Shown in pieces: positions 63,276 through 64,000 of a DNA stretch of 64,000 nucleotides. This stretch comes from Squalus acanthias (taxonomy: Eukaryota), in NCBI GenBank assembly GCA_030390025.1, contig CM059431.1, positions 120,716,001 through 120,780,000 on the forward strand, read 5' to 3'. Within the stretch, counting starts at the first letter, position 1. Each line of letters starts with the position of its first letter. The position numbers and the translations under genes are program-made. A model generated the notes under the pieces. The model saw only the letters and a list, made by a program, of their open reading frames with translations, did not search any database and was not told where the DNA came from.

Positions 63276-64000
63276 TCATCCGTGGCTAAGTAAAGAAATT
63301 AAGGATAGTATTCGACTAAAAACAAGGTAGCCAAATCTAGTGGGAGGATAGAGGATTGGGAAAACTTTAAAAGACAGCAAAAAATAACAAAAAGATTGAT
63401 TAAGAAAGGGAGGATAGATTATGAAAGTAAATTAGCAAAAAATATAAAAACAGATAGTAAGAGTTTTTATAGTTATATAAAAAGAAAAAGGGTGGCTAAA
63501 GTAAATGTTGGTCCCTTAGAGGATGAGACCGGGAAATTAATGGTGAGAAATATGGAGATGGCAAAAACACTGAATGAATATTTTGTATCAGTCTTTACAG
63601 TAGAGGACACTAAGAATATCCCAACACTGGACAAACAGGGGGCTATAGGGGGGGAGGAGCTAAACACGATCAAAATCACTAAGGAAGTGGTACTCGGTAA
63701 AATAATGGGACTCAAGGCGGATAAATCACCTGGACCTGATGGCTTACATCCTAGGGTCTTGAGGGAAGTGGCGGTAGGGATTGTGGATGCATTGGTAATA
63801 ATTTTCCAAAACTCCCTGGACTCAGCAAAGATCCCGGCAGACTGGAAAACTGCTAATGTAACACCCTTATTTAAAAAGGGCAGTAGACAGAAAGCTGGAA
63901 ACTATAGACCGGTTAGCCTAACATCTGTGGTAGGTAAAATTTTGGAGTCCATTATTAAGGAGACAGTAACGGGACATTTGGATAATTATAATTTAATAGG
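63276..64000 (+). mobile_element. CR1 LINE ORF2 fragment running off the window
   Basis: YFVSVFT, KSPGPDGLHPRVL, WKTANVTPLFKKG and GNYRPVSLTSVVGK motifs. Confidence 0.9.

Overview
Repeat-dense vertebrate DNA; the CR1/L2 LINEs, Harbinger elements, MITEs and Penelope-type repeats suggest a cartilaginous fish (inference). No complete host gene is evident, only one weak exon candidate. The main feature is a family of env-bearing LTR elements with two copies on the + strand. Copy 1 is partial (env 3' half plus 3' LTR, 1-3257). Copy 2 is a complete, very young 9.5-kb provirus (51681-61170) with near-identical 1702-bp LTRs, a GATT target-site duplication (TSD), an 18-nt tRNA-Arg primer-binding site and a polypurine tract. 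It has gag and env but no recognisable protease, RT, RNase H or integrase. The gag stop sits in the readthrough context TGA-CTAG and continues in frame into a ~381-codon coiled-coil/acidic/Pro-rich ORF (ORF-X) that occupies the pol position. Env has a signal peptide, an Ig-like domain, an RQRR furin site and a long F-protein-like fusion subunit, and is preceded by a good splice acceptor. This architecture resembles lokiretrovirus-like or env-bearing Gypsy elements, but classification is uncertain without RT. Repeat boundaries outside the provirus are approximate, and all family calls are by eye without database searches.
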